A stretch of 60,502 nt of DNA from an uncultured Nitrososphaerota archaeon (GTDB lineage: Archaea > Thermoproteota > EX4484-205 > JAAOZP01): assembly GCA_964616835.1 (NCBI GenBank), contig CAZTSG010000003.1, forward strand, positions 1 through 60,502, read 5' to 3'. The notes below the pieces were generated by a model. It saw only the letters and a list, made by a program, of their open reading frames with translations, was not told the origin of the DNA and searched no databases. Below are positions 27,715 to 35,732 of this stretch, in pieces; position 1 is the first letter of the stretch, and each line of letters starts with the position of its first letter. Made by a program: the position numbers and the translations under genes.

Positions 27715-28612
27715 GCTTCTTCACCCTTAAAGCATTTATGAAAACGTTCTCCAAGCTCCTCCCCAGCTGTCGGAAACCAATTATCTCATTACCTGTTTGA
27801 AGTATTAGATTGGGTAATGCCCGGCGAATAATGGAAGCATCGTCCTTAACATACACGGTGTCCCCGCTCAACTTAACTTTCAAACCGTTTAAACCGTTTA
27901 AGGCTTCCGCAAGCTCCCTAGGCTTAGAGACCCTTATCGCATACGTCTTCGAAGCATACTTGTCCAACAGGTCTCCTACGAAACCCTGCTCAATAACTCT
28001 CCCCTCATTCATCAGACAAACCCATGAGCATACTTTCTGTAGCTCCGGCAGAACATGGCTAGATATCAGGAAACTAACATCCTTATCTCTATGCATCTTT
28101 TTAATCAGCTTTAAAAGCTCAATACGGCCCCTCGGGTCCAGATTAGCAGTAGGTTCGTCGAGAACCACAAGCTCAGGCCTACCAATCATGGCTTTAGCAA
28201 GACCCAAGCGAACCTTCATGCCAGCAGAGTAGCCTGAGATCTTTCTCTCAGCATGATCGAGAAGATTGACTTCACGAAGCGTTTCAACAGCCTCACTATC
28301 TGGAAGACCCTTAACCCTAGCCACGTGAAGAATGTAACGCATAGCAGTAATATTCATGGGGAAAACAGGTCTCTCGAGAAGGAAGCCCATCCTCCTCGTC
28401 AACTCGTATCTGTGAGACCAAGGATCCATGCCCAAGACTTCCACCCTTCCAGAATCAGCTTTTATCAATCCCGCAAGTATGTGGATAAACGTGGTCTTGC
28501 CAGCGCCATTCGGACCTATCAGGCCGCCTATACCCTTAGGAATCTCTACGCTTACCCTGTCTAACGCCCTAATCCTGCCGAAGAGCTTTGAAAGTCCTTC
28601 CACGCTTATCAT
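27704..28612 (-). CDS. ABC transporter ATP-binding protein (ABC-2/CcmA-like)
   Basis: Walker A GPNGAGKTT, signature-like SGYSAGMKVRL, Walker B LVVLDEPTANLD, H-loop SSHVL. Confidence 0.9.
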   Translation of the reverse strand: MISVEGLSKLFGRIRALDRVSVEIPKGIGGLIGPNGAGKTTFIHILAGLIKADSGRVEVLGMDPWSHRYELTRRMGFLLERPVFPMNITAMRYILHVARVKGLPDSEAVETLREVNLLDHAERKISGYSAGMKVRLGLAKAMIGRPELVVLDEPTANLDPRGRIELLKLIKKMHRDKDVSFLISSHVLPELQKVCSWVCLMNEGRVIEQGFVGDLLDKYASKTYAIRVSKPRELAEALNGLNGLKVKLSGDTVYVKDDASIIRRALPNLILQTGNEIIGFRQLGRSLENVFINALRVKKHGG

Positions 28613-28881
28613 CTAGGCTCCTCCCGCTTCCTCCTCCCTCTTAAACGCAGGTAATAAGCAATAACGCCAGCTATAACCCCCAGAGGTAGGAGAAATAATA
28701 GCAATGTCCAATATTCAAAACGAGCATCCTCTCTTACCCAAGCAGGCTTACCTCCAACGATCAAGAAGGACATTAGGCTGAAAGTAAGAATAAAGAGCAT
28801 AATAGAGGAGGAAACAAGTAGTTTCAAATTTAATGTTGCAGTATTCACGGACCAACCCCGTCGAGAAAGTATCACTATCAT
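28609..28881 (-). CDS. Hypothetical 2-TM membrane protein
   Basis: 90 aa with two hydrophobic helices and a basic tail RLRGRRKREEPR. 4-nt overlaps on both sides. Confidence 0.5.
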   Translation of the reverse strand: MIVILSRRGWSVNTATLNLKLLVSSSIMLFILTFSLMSFLIVGGKPAWVREDARFEYWTLLLFLLPLGVIAGVIAYYLRLRGRRKREEPR

Positions 28882-29786
28882 TGTTTTCTATCCCTTCTTT
28901 TCCTAACAAAGACAAAGTAAAATATTACAGTAAGAATTATTAAAACTGGGATTATGTATGGCAGTAATCTGAGTAAAGTAATCAGCAAGTTCGGGGGACC
29001 AAGGTCGACGTTTGTAGATTTCAGCACGAATCTTTCTCCCATAAAAAATCCTACTATGTTGAAGGCAGAGAGAAAAGCATCCTCATCGATATTCCCATCG
29101 ATCATTATAAATGTGTCAGCATCATAATAGTTTTTTCTCGGAAAAAAGTGTTTAACCGATTGAACTTCTAATGGAGCAGGTATATTGTTGGTAGAAAGGC
29201 TCTCGACTTCTGTTTCGTTTTCAGTACGCAAGGCAAGCACATCTTGTACTCCTTGGATCGTATCTGCAGGAAAGACATCTTCGGCTTTGGCGAATACTGT
29301 TAAGTTTCCCTGCCCAACATATGGAATTCTGTCCCCCAAACCACAAGGTGGAATCCAAATTATCGTTTGGCCCAGCAAGGTTCCGTCAGGCAGTGTAACC
29401 TTTCTTGTTGTTAAGTTGATAAACAGTTCCCTAGTTGAAGAGTATGAGCCTATCCTTAAAGTTACCTTGAAGAAGCCGAGTGAGTTATTTATATCCTCGA
29501 TCAATATTGACAGACGAACATTTATTTTATCATTAAAAGATAAAAAACTTGCATTACTATCACTGCCTAATTCAGATAAATTCAGCAATATTTCAGGAAT
29601 CATTGACTTATCGTAGAAAACGATAAGGGATGTTCTACCTTCATATTCGAATTGAGCTTCAGGTCTTGCCCAAGGATGAATTGGGGTACAAATAATCAAT
29701 GTATTGCTTACTAAAAGTAGTATTAAAAAAGAGAAAATAGAAAGAGAGATTTTTTTAAAAGTGAAGGACAATTTTATGCCACTCAT
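28878..29786 (-). CDS. Hypothetical secreted/surface protein with N-terminal signal and C-terminal TM anchor
   Basis: 302 aa. N-terminal hydrophobic segment, several N-x-S/T sequons, and C-terminal LLPYIIPVLIILTVIFYFVFVRKRRDRKQ. More AT-rich than its neighbours. Confidence 0.55.
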   Translation of the reverse strand: MSGIKLSFTFKKISLSIFSFLILLLVSNTLIICTPIHPWARPEAQFEYEGRTSLIVFYDKSMIPEILLNLSELGSDSNASFLSFNDKINVRLSILIEDINNSLGFFKVTLRIGSYSSTRELFINLTTRKVTLPDGTLLGQTIIWIPPCGLGDRIPYVGQGNLTVFAKAEDVFPADTIQGVQDVLALRTENETEVESLSTNNIPAPLEVQSVKHFFPRKNYYDADTFIMIDGNIDEDAFLSAFNIVGFFMGERFVLKSTNVDLGPPNLLITLLRLLPYIIPVLIILTVIFYFVFVRKRRDRKQ

Positions 29787-30271
29787 GGAAAAACATATGC
29801 AGTACCTGAATCTAACGTAAAAGTATGAACTAGGCTTTTAAACTGGGCTCTTGCCTGTGTCTGTGAGCTAAGAAACTTTCCATAGTATGACTTAGCATAA
29901 CCCCATACATTGGGGTTATCGAATCTCACAGGAGGATCTATTACCAGTATATCCGGGCTAATGTGCCGTGCCATCGCAACCTCCATCCATGTCGTTGTTA
30001 CTACACCACCGCAAGCTCTGGAAGCAGAGTGAAAAGCTATGTCAAAATAATAGCCAGTTGGACCATACCTTCCTCGCGCAATAGATCCAATCACTGCAGT
30101 AGGAGATGGCCATCCATAACTATTTTCCTTTACGGCATTACCCGTCAATGATGTCCATTCACCTGGTGTACCCCAAGCTAACGTGGAGATGATGAGTCCG
30201 CCTGCTACAAGCAGGAAAACTATTGCGATGACGCCGGAGACCATTAGACCCCAGTGTTCTCCAACTCTCAT
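29783..30271 (-). CDS. Hypothetical N-terminally anchored extracytoplasmic protein
   Basis: 162 aa with one N-terminal helix (GLMVSGVIAIVFLLVAGGLIISTLA). A GAGGTGGTG Shine-Dalgarno-like element lies a few nt upstream of the ATG. First gene of the operon. Confidence 0.55.
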   Translation of the reverse strand: MRVGEHWGLMVSGVIAIVFLLVAGGLIISTLAWGTPGEWTSLTGNAVKENSYGWPSPTAVIGSIARGRYGPTGYYFDIAFHSASRACGGVVTTTWMEVAMARHISPDILVIDPPVRFDNPNVWGYAKSYYGKFLSSQTQARAQFKSLVHTFTLDSGTAYVFP

Positions 30272-30306
30272 ATGCCACCACCTCGCGGCCTTCCGTCTAT
30301 GACACC

Positions 30307-30316
30307 TATATATATT
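30307..30316 (-). promoter_or_regulatory. TATA-like box of the six-gene ABC-2 operon
   Basis: The minus strand reads AATATATATA about 40 nt upstream of the ATG at 30271. Confidence 0.45.
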
Positions 30317-30329
30317 GCGTTTTATGACG

Positions 30330-30349
30330 TTTCAGAAACAATTCTGAAA
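30330..30349. promoter_or_regulatory. Perfect 8-4-8 inverted repeat (TTTCAGAA-ACAA-TTCTGAAA)
   Basis: Read directly from the sequence. It lies between the DUF2207 stop and the TATA-like box of the downstream operon. It could be an operator or a terminator hairpin. Confidence 0.5.
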
Positions 30350-30436
30350 TAATTCTTAAAGATATGTTTTGTTTAAATGTAGCGTCAAAATATCAATTTT
30401 TATTCGACTTTAGCCGAATTGCTTTCCTGGGTTCTT

Positions 30437-32266
30437 TCACCTTGCTCCAGCTCCTCCGCCTCCGAATCCTCCGCCGCCGCCGAAGCCTCCTCCACCTCCT
30501 CCGCCTACTCCCCCACCCGTTATCACGCCATGGCTGCTGGGGGGACTCCAAGCGGTTATCGGCATAAAGACGGTAGGCATTGATTGAACTATCTTTAACT
30601 CTTCAAGCGGGATGCTTAGCTCTCTCATTGCTTCAGCAACCTTGTTCCCTACCCCCAGTGCTGTGCCGTAGACAAGCCACTCGCCCCACATTGAGATGTC
30701 CTGCGGAGCGTATTTTCTTATTAGGGCTAGGTCTGAAAGGAATTTCCTGAAAGCATCCCATTCAAGCTTCTCCCTGTAGTATGAGCCCCTCCACCTTCCG
30801 AATAGCGTTGTAGGCATAGCGTTTGCAATAAGTGCTTGTACGAATGGGATTGGGGAGGTTAACAAGGCTACGTAAGTTATATGGGAAACCGTTGGAGCCA
30901 AATCACCCAGTATTATTGATATTATGAAAATCAGGGCGGGCGGTGTCAGCAGCATGCTTAACTTCCACCTGCCTTTAACAATGAATTCGCGAGCAGCCTG
31001 CTTGTCAACCCAGTGTGTAAGCCTGTAAAACATGCGTTTTAGGCGCAGGAGCGAGGAGTATTTTTTCTCACTGGTCAAACGCTCCACCTTCTCCCTCACC
31101 GTCTTCGTGCTGAAAGACCCGTCTTCAGCCAGAGACTTCAGGAAGCTTATGACGTTCTTCTCATACTTGTCGCCGTAATTATCGTCAATTATTTTGATCG
31201 TGAGCTCGCCCTGCTCCTCGCTGATCCTTATCTTTCCTTTCAAATGAAGGTCGAGCAGCGTTGCGTAGAAACCGTTCTCATCAAAGTCTATTGCGTCGCC
31301 TTTAAAAACAAGGTTAACCAACCAGGGCTTCCTATTCCTGTTCGGAACCGTGCTGAGGTAGCTGGGAACCGTGAACTCTCGCTCCCTGCCGTATAAGAAG
31401 TATATCAGAATGAATAGGAGGGGGTATGCGAATACGAGTGTTTGAGCACAATACTTCAAGGCTAACGCAGAGCAATACTGGATGAAGTATAGAGTGTTGG
31501 CTGTAATGGTGGGAGTGGTTACGTCACCCATCTCTTTTGGGAAAGCCTTCAAAACGTTGAGAACATCTTTCTTCAAAAGCATTTCCAGTTCAAGCAGCTC
31601 GTTTTCAGCAGCGCTGCCCCGTATTTCAATCCTGTTACCTGTATGAGTCACATCCATGAGGGGCGGGTGAGGATACAGTGATGAAACGTAGCCAGCGTCC
31701 TCAACGATTATCGTAACTCTTCTATAAGGCAGGTGTTCTCCTGCCTCCGCCAGCTTCAGGTTAAAGTGGACCGTGCTATTGTCATACTGGACCGGCGGGT
31801 GGATTTCGAACACGTATTTTACGGTATACCTGCCTGTTTGAAAATGGTTAGGGTTGTAGCAGCCAGCCTCATTCAGCTCAGCCATCCACGATATGCTTAT
31901 GAAGACTCCAGGATTCTCGTCGTACGGCTGCGTCGTCCAAACAGTGCCTCTATGATCCTTCACGTAGCCTACTGTGCCTTCGGGAACATGTATGGAAACT
32001 AATTTCACGAAGGGCTTATTCAGGTTCTCGAGTGATAGAGAAGCATCCCAGAACCTGTAGAGCATAGTGTACTTGCGTGAAGCCTTAATGTTGTACACGT
32101 ACTCTTCTATCAGCGTGCCGTTGGCGTAGAGCGTGGCATCGTATCGTTCAACCTCAACCCCGTTTTCTTCGAGAAGATGAGGAACGTAGTTTATTAAAAC
32201 TAGACCAATAATGCTTACTATGAGAACGATGGAAAACAGCTTAAACAGTTCTCTCCTCTCAGTCAA
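30437..32266 (-). CDS. DUF2207-type membrane protein with glycine-rich C-terminal tail
   Basis: N-terminal TM, ~220-aa ectodomain, a cluster of TMs, and a C-terminal GGGVGGGGGGGFGGGGGFGGGGAGAR tail. It is positioned 3 nt downstream of a LemA gene, the classic pairing. Confidence 0.7.
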   Translation of the reverse strand: MTERRELFKLFSIVLIVSIIGLVLINYVPHLLEENGVEVERYDATLYANGTLIEEYVYNIKASRKYTMLYRFWDASLSLENLNKPFVKLVSIHVPEGTVGYVKDHRGTVWTTQPYDENPGVFISISWMAELNEAGCYNPNHFQTGRYTVKYVFEIHPPVQYDNSTVHFNLKLAEAGEHLPYRRVTIIVEDAGYVSSLYPHPPLMDVTHTGNRIEIRGSAAENELLELEMLLKKDVLNVLKAFPKEMGDVTTPTITANTLYFIQYCSALALKYCAQTLVFAYPLLFILIYFLYGREREFTVPSYLSTVPNRNRKPWLVNLVFKGDAIDFDENGFYATLLDLHLKGKIRISEEQGELTIKIIDDNYGDKYEKNVISFLKSLAEDGSFSTKTVREKVERLTSEKKYSSLLRLKRMFYRLTHWVDKQAAREFIVKGRWKLSMLLTPPALIFIISIILGDLAPTVSHITYVALLTSPIPFVQALIANAMPTTLFGRWRGSYYREKLEWDAFRKFLSDLALIRKYAPQDISMWGEWLVYGTALGVGNKVAEAMRELSIPLEELKIVQSMPTVFMPITAWSPPSSHGVITGGGVGGGGGGGFGGGGGFGGGGAGAR

Positions 32267-32269
32267 GGC

Positions 32270-32833
32270 CTAGAACTCTATCCTGGGACGCCTCTCAACT
32301 TCTTCCTCGAACCTAAGGTACTCCAGCTTACCTAAGCCTGTTAAGCCCGCTACAAACTTAGAGGGAACGGTGTCCATCATTATGTTGAACTCCTGCACGA
32401 TATTGTTGTACGTGTACCTTTGCCTAGCGATCTCGTCCTCAACGCTTTTAACAGACTCCATGAGGTTTGTGACCGTGTTGGATGTCTTCAGGTCAGGATA
32501 GTTTTCAGCAACCGCAACAATGTTTCCGAAGAGCCTTCTCGTCTCCCTGTCTATTTCACTGAGTGTGCCAGGCTCGGCTTTTAAAACGGCTGTTCTAAGG
32601 CCGATTATCTTCTCCAATGTTTCTCTTTCAAACCTTGCGTAGCTCTTAACTGATTCGAGGAGTTGCTCAATCATGTCGAGCCTCTTCTTCATCGCAACCC
32701 TTATCTGGCTAAGCGTAGCTTCAGCAGAATTCTTGAGGCTGAAAAACCTGTTGTATATGGAGATAACGTATAGTGCAACGCCTATCGCAATAACCACGCA
32801 GATAAGCATAGCCGCGATTATCAGAACATCCAT
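32270..32833 (-). CDS. lemA: LemA family protein
   Basis: N-terminal TM followed by [47 protein letters not shown], the characteristic LemA pattern. Confidence 0.85.
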   Translation of the reverse strand: MDVLIIAAMLICVVIAIGVALYVISIYNRFFSLKNSAEATLSQIRVAMKKRLDMIEQLLESVKSYARFERETLEKIIGLRTAVLKAEPGTLSEIDRETRRLFGNIVAVAENYPDLKTSNTVTNLMESVKSVEDEIARQRYTYNNIVQEFNIMMDTVPSKFVAGLTGLGKLEYLRFEEEVERRPRIEF

Positions 32834-32886
32834 CTTTTTATCAAACAGTTTAACAGAACTACGCTTTTAAACTTTTAAGGTTTTTC

Positions 32887-32891
32887 AAAAA
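32887..32891 (-). terminator. T-run terminator following the ncRNA
   Basis: The minus strand reads ...CCTGGGCCCAAAACTTTTTG. The oligo-T tract sits immediately 3' of the closing helix. Confidence 0.4.
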
Positions 32892-33094
32892 GTTTTGGGC
32901 CCAGGCTAGTAGGCTCACCCTCCCCAATCCGCTTTTCAACAAGCCTGGGAAGGGTGCTTTTACTCCGCAACACCCTTGGAAGGTGCTTCAACCTCCCTAC
33001 GGGTTTCAAGCCCAATCCCCATAGTTGAGGCGGCTTGTCCCCTCCGAAGGGTGCTGAGGCCTGCCGAGTACCCCAGCAGGAGCCTGGTCTACCC
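32892..33094 (-). ncRNA. GC-rich structured ncRNA of about 200 nt; candidate reduced (type-T-like) RNase P RNA, identity unresolved
   Basis: A 300-nt gap between CDSs contains a segment much more GC-rich than its flanks. Nested complementary pairs seen by eye: CCAGGCU/AGCCUGG (termini), CCUGC..GCAGG, CCCU-UCGG-AGGG, ACAAGCC/GGCUUGU (long range), GCCUC/GAGGU, CUAUGGG/CCCGUAG, AAGGGUG/CACCCUU. There is an upstream TATA-like box and a downstream T-run. Confidence 0.55.
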
Positions 33095-33116
33095 ATGCGA
33101 ATAGTTGGTTGAGAAA

Positions 33117-33124
33117 GTAATTAA
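33117..33124 (-). promoter_or_regulatory. TATA-like box of the ncRNA
   Basis: The minus strand reads TTAATTAC about 26 nt upstream of the GGGTAGACC 5' end. Confidence 0.4.
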
Positions 33125-33134
33125 GGGTTGCGCT

Positions 33135-33728
33135 TCAGTTTTTCCCTTCTTTCACTCCCTGGGCTTTCTCTCTCCTGAAGGGTGCTTTAATAGAGAGGTA
33201 GAGCACTACTGCGAAGGCTATGAGCAGGCTTATGGATATTGTTCGGGAAGCCTCTACGCTAATTCCTAAGCGTGGGAGCGAGAGCTGTATCATGGGGGTT
33301 GCGAAGACCACTACTGCTGAGATTACGAGGAGAACTTCTCTCGGGGATGGTAGCATTAGTTTACCGCCTTTTGCCGAAAGCAGGTATGCCACTATTCCTA
33401 TGGATGCTAAGAGGACTGAGGCTAAAACGGGCACCGTAGAGGCCCAGCCTCTGGTGAGCATCTGGAGCACCATGATTATGGATATTGTGAAGCTAGAAGT
33501 GAAGCATCTGACTCCCACGCTCCTAAGCCTCTGGCTGATCTCCATCTCTTTAAGGATGATGGGCATTCCTGACCCGGCTGATATGAGAAGGGAGCTTAAC
33601 AGGTTGATTCCCGTCCTCAGGAATCCTGAAACCTCCATTGCTGAGAGGAGGGTGAAGGCAACCAGTATCACAATACCGATGAAGACTAGGAGGTTCCCGA
33701 CTGAATAGACTGCTTCTCTTTTCTGCAA
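33135..33728 (-). CDS. Hypothetical polytopic membrane protein
   Basis: 197 aa, about six hydrophobic helices. No family recognised. Confidence 0.5.
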   Translation of the reverse strand: MQKREAVYSVGNLLVFIGIVILVAFTLLSAMEVSGFLRTGINLLSSLLISAGSGMPIILKEMEISQRLRSVGVRCFTSSFTISIIMVLQMLTRGWASTVPVLASVLLASIGIVAYLLSAKGGKLMLPSPREVLLVISAVVVFATPMIQLSLPRLGISVEASRTISISLLIAFAVVLYLSIKAPFRREKAQGVKEGKN

Positions 33729-33755
33729 GCCAGATGCCTACTGCAAGTTTCTTTT

Positions 33756-34547
33756 TTAAATGTTTTCCCTAGTGACTTTGGCTCCGAACATGAGGTACGC
33801 CGTATGGCCGACCATGATGGATTCCGGCCTAACTCTGCCCTCGAAAGGCCTTATCCTCCTTAGCATTATCTCCACAGTCTCCAAGTGGGTCACGTTCGTT
33901 TCCATCATCGCACGGTAAACTTTTTCAAGCTGGTTCATAGTCGGCACGACTATGCATATTCTCGCAGACGGTTTTAGGAGGCTAACCACCTTGCTCAACG
34001 CGTCCCAAGGGTCTGGGATATCCATTATCGCCGCGTCGAAAAAACCTTCTAGAGCAATTTTCTTGATATCGCCGTGAATCAGCTCAACGTATTCAGCCAA
34101 CCCGGCTCTCTCAAGATTCTTACGTGCGATTCTTATGGATTCCTCGTTCACGTCGCAGGAGAAAACCCTGCCATCGGGCTTGACGATGCTTGCAACAACC
34201 ATCGTGGCTGCACCGCTCCCAGTGCCGGCTTCGAGAACCCTGTAGCCCGGCGACACTCCTAGATTAAGAACCATGTAGCCAATGTCCTTAGGATACATTA
34301 CTTGAGTCCTCCTAGCGAGCTTGGGGATGTATTCTGCTACGAGGGGTTTTAACGCAAGCATTTCCTCCCCTACGTGCGTCTTAACAACTATCCCGGGCTG
34401 TTTGCCGACGATGTCCTTAACAGCCAGATAGCCCTTGTGAGTATGGATTCTATCACCCCGTATCTTCACCACGCGTTTCTTACCCTTGGAGGATACTAGT
34501 AGAACGTCATCGCCCTCTTTAAACACGCTGTCAAGACCCTGGTTCAA
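33756..34547 (-). CDS. trmI: tRNA (adenine-N1)-methyltransferase, TrmI/Gcd14 family
   Basis: N-terminal beta domain (VLLVSSKGKKRVVKI), MYPKDIGYM, and SAM motif VLEAGTGSGAAT. Confidence 0.8.
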   Translation of the reverse strand: MNQGLDSVFKEGDDVLLVSSKGKKRVVKIRGDRIHTHKGYLAVKDIVGKQPGIVVKTHVGEEMLALKPLVAEYIPKLARRTQVMYPKDIGYMVLNLGVSPGYRVLEAGTGSGAATMVVASIVKPDGRVFSCDVNEESIRIARKNLERAGLAEYVELIHGDIKKIALEGFFDAAIMDIPDPWDALSKVVSLLKPSARICIVVPTMNQLEKVYRAMMETNVTHLETVEIMLRRIRPFEGRVRPESIMVGHTAYLMFGAKVTRENI

Positions 34548-35655
34548 ACTGGTTTAGCAATGGTATTGAATTCCTTATATCTTCTTCCCTCGCTCCGAAG
34601 CTTATCCTAACATGGTTCTCTCCGGAGGGGCCGAAGCCCTGGCCCGGGGCGAGGACAACTCCGGTTTTCTTAGCCAGTTCAAGACAGAAATCGAATGATT
34701 TGAACGGTATGGATGGGAATATGTAGAGAGAGCCTTCTGGCGCATATACTTTCATCAAGTCGCTTCTCTTAAACCCGTTCAGGAAGATTTTCAGCCGTTT
34801 CTCAATGCTCATCCTAACGTAGCTGGATATCTCGTTGATGAACGGCAGCGTTTTCAAAACCACGTGTTGACCCACGACGTTAGAGGTTAGGGAGGTCGCG
34901 TACCTGACGGTTGAAGCCTTACTAATAATGTTCTGCTCCGAAGCTAAGAATCCTACTCTAAGCCCGGTCACACCCATGTTCTTAGAGAAGCTCCCCACGA
35001 TCATCGTGTTTTCAAGCTTGGTGTCGAAGCTCCCGGGGCTTGCGGGCTTATTGTTTTTGAAGAATATTTCGAAATAGGTCTCGTCTGAGACTATTATCGA
35101 ATCGGTTTCACGAGCATGCTCGACAAGGTTCTCCACGTCTTTCGCGGAAACCACTTTGCCAGTGGGGTTGTTAGGCGAGCAGATCAGAACGATGCTCCGC
35201 TCCTCAGGAACCTGTTCGCTAATATTCCTGTTCTGACTATAATAGCTGACTCTAACGTTGTCGAAGAGGTTCGCAGCGAGAAAGTGCTGGGGGTAGGTGG
35301 GGTCGGGCAGGATAATCCTGTCCCCAACGTCTAGGATAGCCATTAGGGCTACGAGGAATGCTTCAGACGCTCCCGCAGTAACCAAGATGTTTTCAAAGCC
35401 AACCTCCATCCCACGGCTATTCCTCAAGTACTCGGCGATGCTGCTTCTAAGCTCGTTAAAGCCCTCTACCGGAGGATAGGTTACGCTCGTTTCGCCGCAT
35501 GTTTTCCTCAGCGTCTCCTCAACAAGCGGATGAGGATCTATGAAAATGTCTCCGACGCTGAGGTTCATCACAGCCCTCCCCCCAGCCTTAGCCTCCTTCA
35601 GTATCTTCCTGTGCGGCGGCTCGACGAGCCTGTTAATCCTGGAAGCGTGTTTCAA
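34531..35655 (-). CDS. Class I/II pyridoxal-phosphate aminotransferase (aspartate aminotransferase-like)
   Basis: PNNPTG, SDETY, PLP-lysine motif SFSKNMGVTGLRVGF, and C-terminal VRISF. Confidence 0.85.
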   Translation of the reverse strand: MKHASRINRLVEPPHRKILKEAKAGGRAVMNLSVGDIFIDPHPLVEETLRKTCGETSVTYPPVEGFNELRSSIAEYLRNSRGMEVGFENILVTAGASEAFLVALMAILDVGDRIILPDPTYPQHFLAANLFDNVRVSYYSQNRNISEQVPEERSIVLICSPNNPTGKVVSAKDVENLVEHARETDSIIVSDETYFEIFFKNNKPASPGSFDTKLENTMIVGSFSKNMGVTGLRVGFLASEQNIISKASTVRYATSLTSNVVGQHVVLKTLPFINEISSYVRMSIEKRLKIFLNGFKRSDLMKVYAPEGSLYIFPSIPFKSFDFCLELAKKTGVVLAPGQGFGPSGENHVRISFGAREEDIRNSIPLLNQFEPGS

Positions 35656-35732
35656 CCCCGGGGGCTACAGGAACGATGCTTTTTAAACATTAATCTGTTC
35701 GTCTACTGGAATTATTCCGAAGGATAAATTTT

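Noticed and set aside
29783-30271. Type IV pilin-like (class III signal peptide) assignment for the first operon protein
   Set aside because: The N-terminus MRVGEHWGLMVSG... does not fit the [KR]-[GA] cleavage context immediately preceding the hydrophobic stretch well enough to claim it.
30440-30530. Short-period GGN/CCN DNA repeat that looks like a tandem repeat or array
   Set aside because: It is the coding sequence of the poly-Gly C-terminal tail of the DUF2207 protein (minus strand), not a CRISPR array or non-coding satellite.
32892-33094. Possible SRP (7S) RNA assignment for the structured RNA
   Set aside because: It is only about 200 nt, whereas archaeal SRP RNAs are about 300 nt. I could not find the helix-8 GGAA tetraloop / AGCA-type loop motif or a UGUAA-type Alu motif.
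32875-33096. 73-aa ORF (MGRPGSCWGTRQASAPFGG...) in the ORF track
   Set aside because: It coincides with a GC-rich segment that has extensive nested self-complementarity, its own TATA-like box and a T-run. The peptide is Gly/Pro/Arg-rich with no features of a real protein. I interpret the locus as an ncRNA instead.
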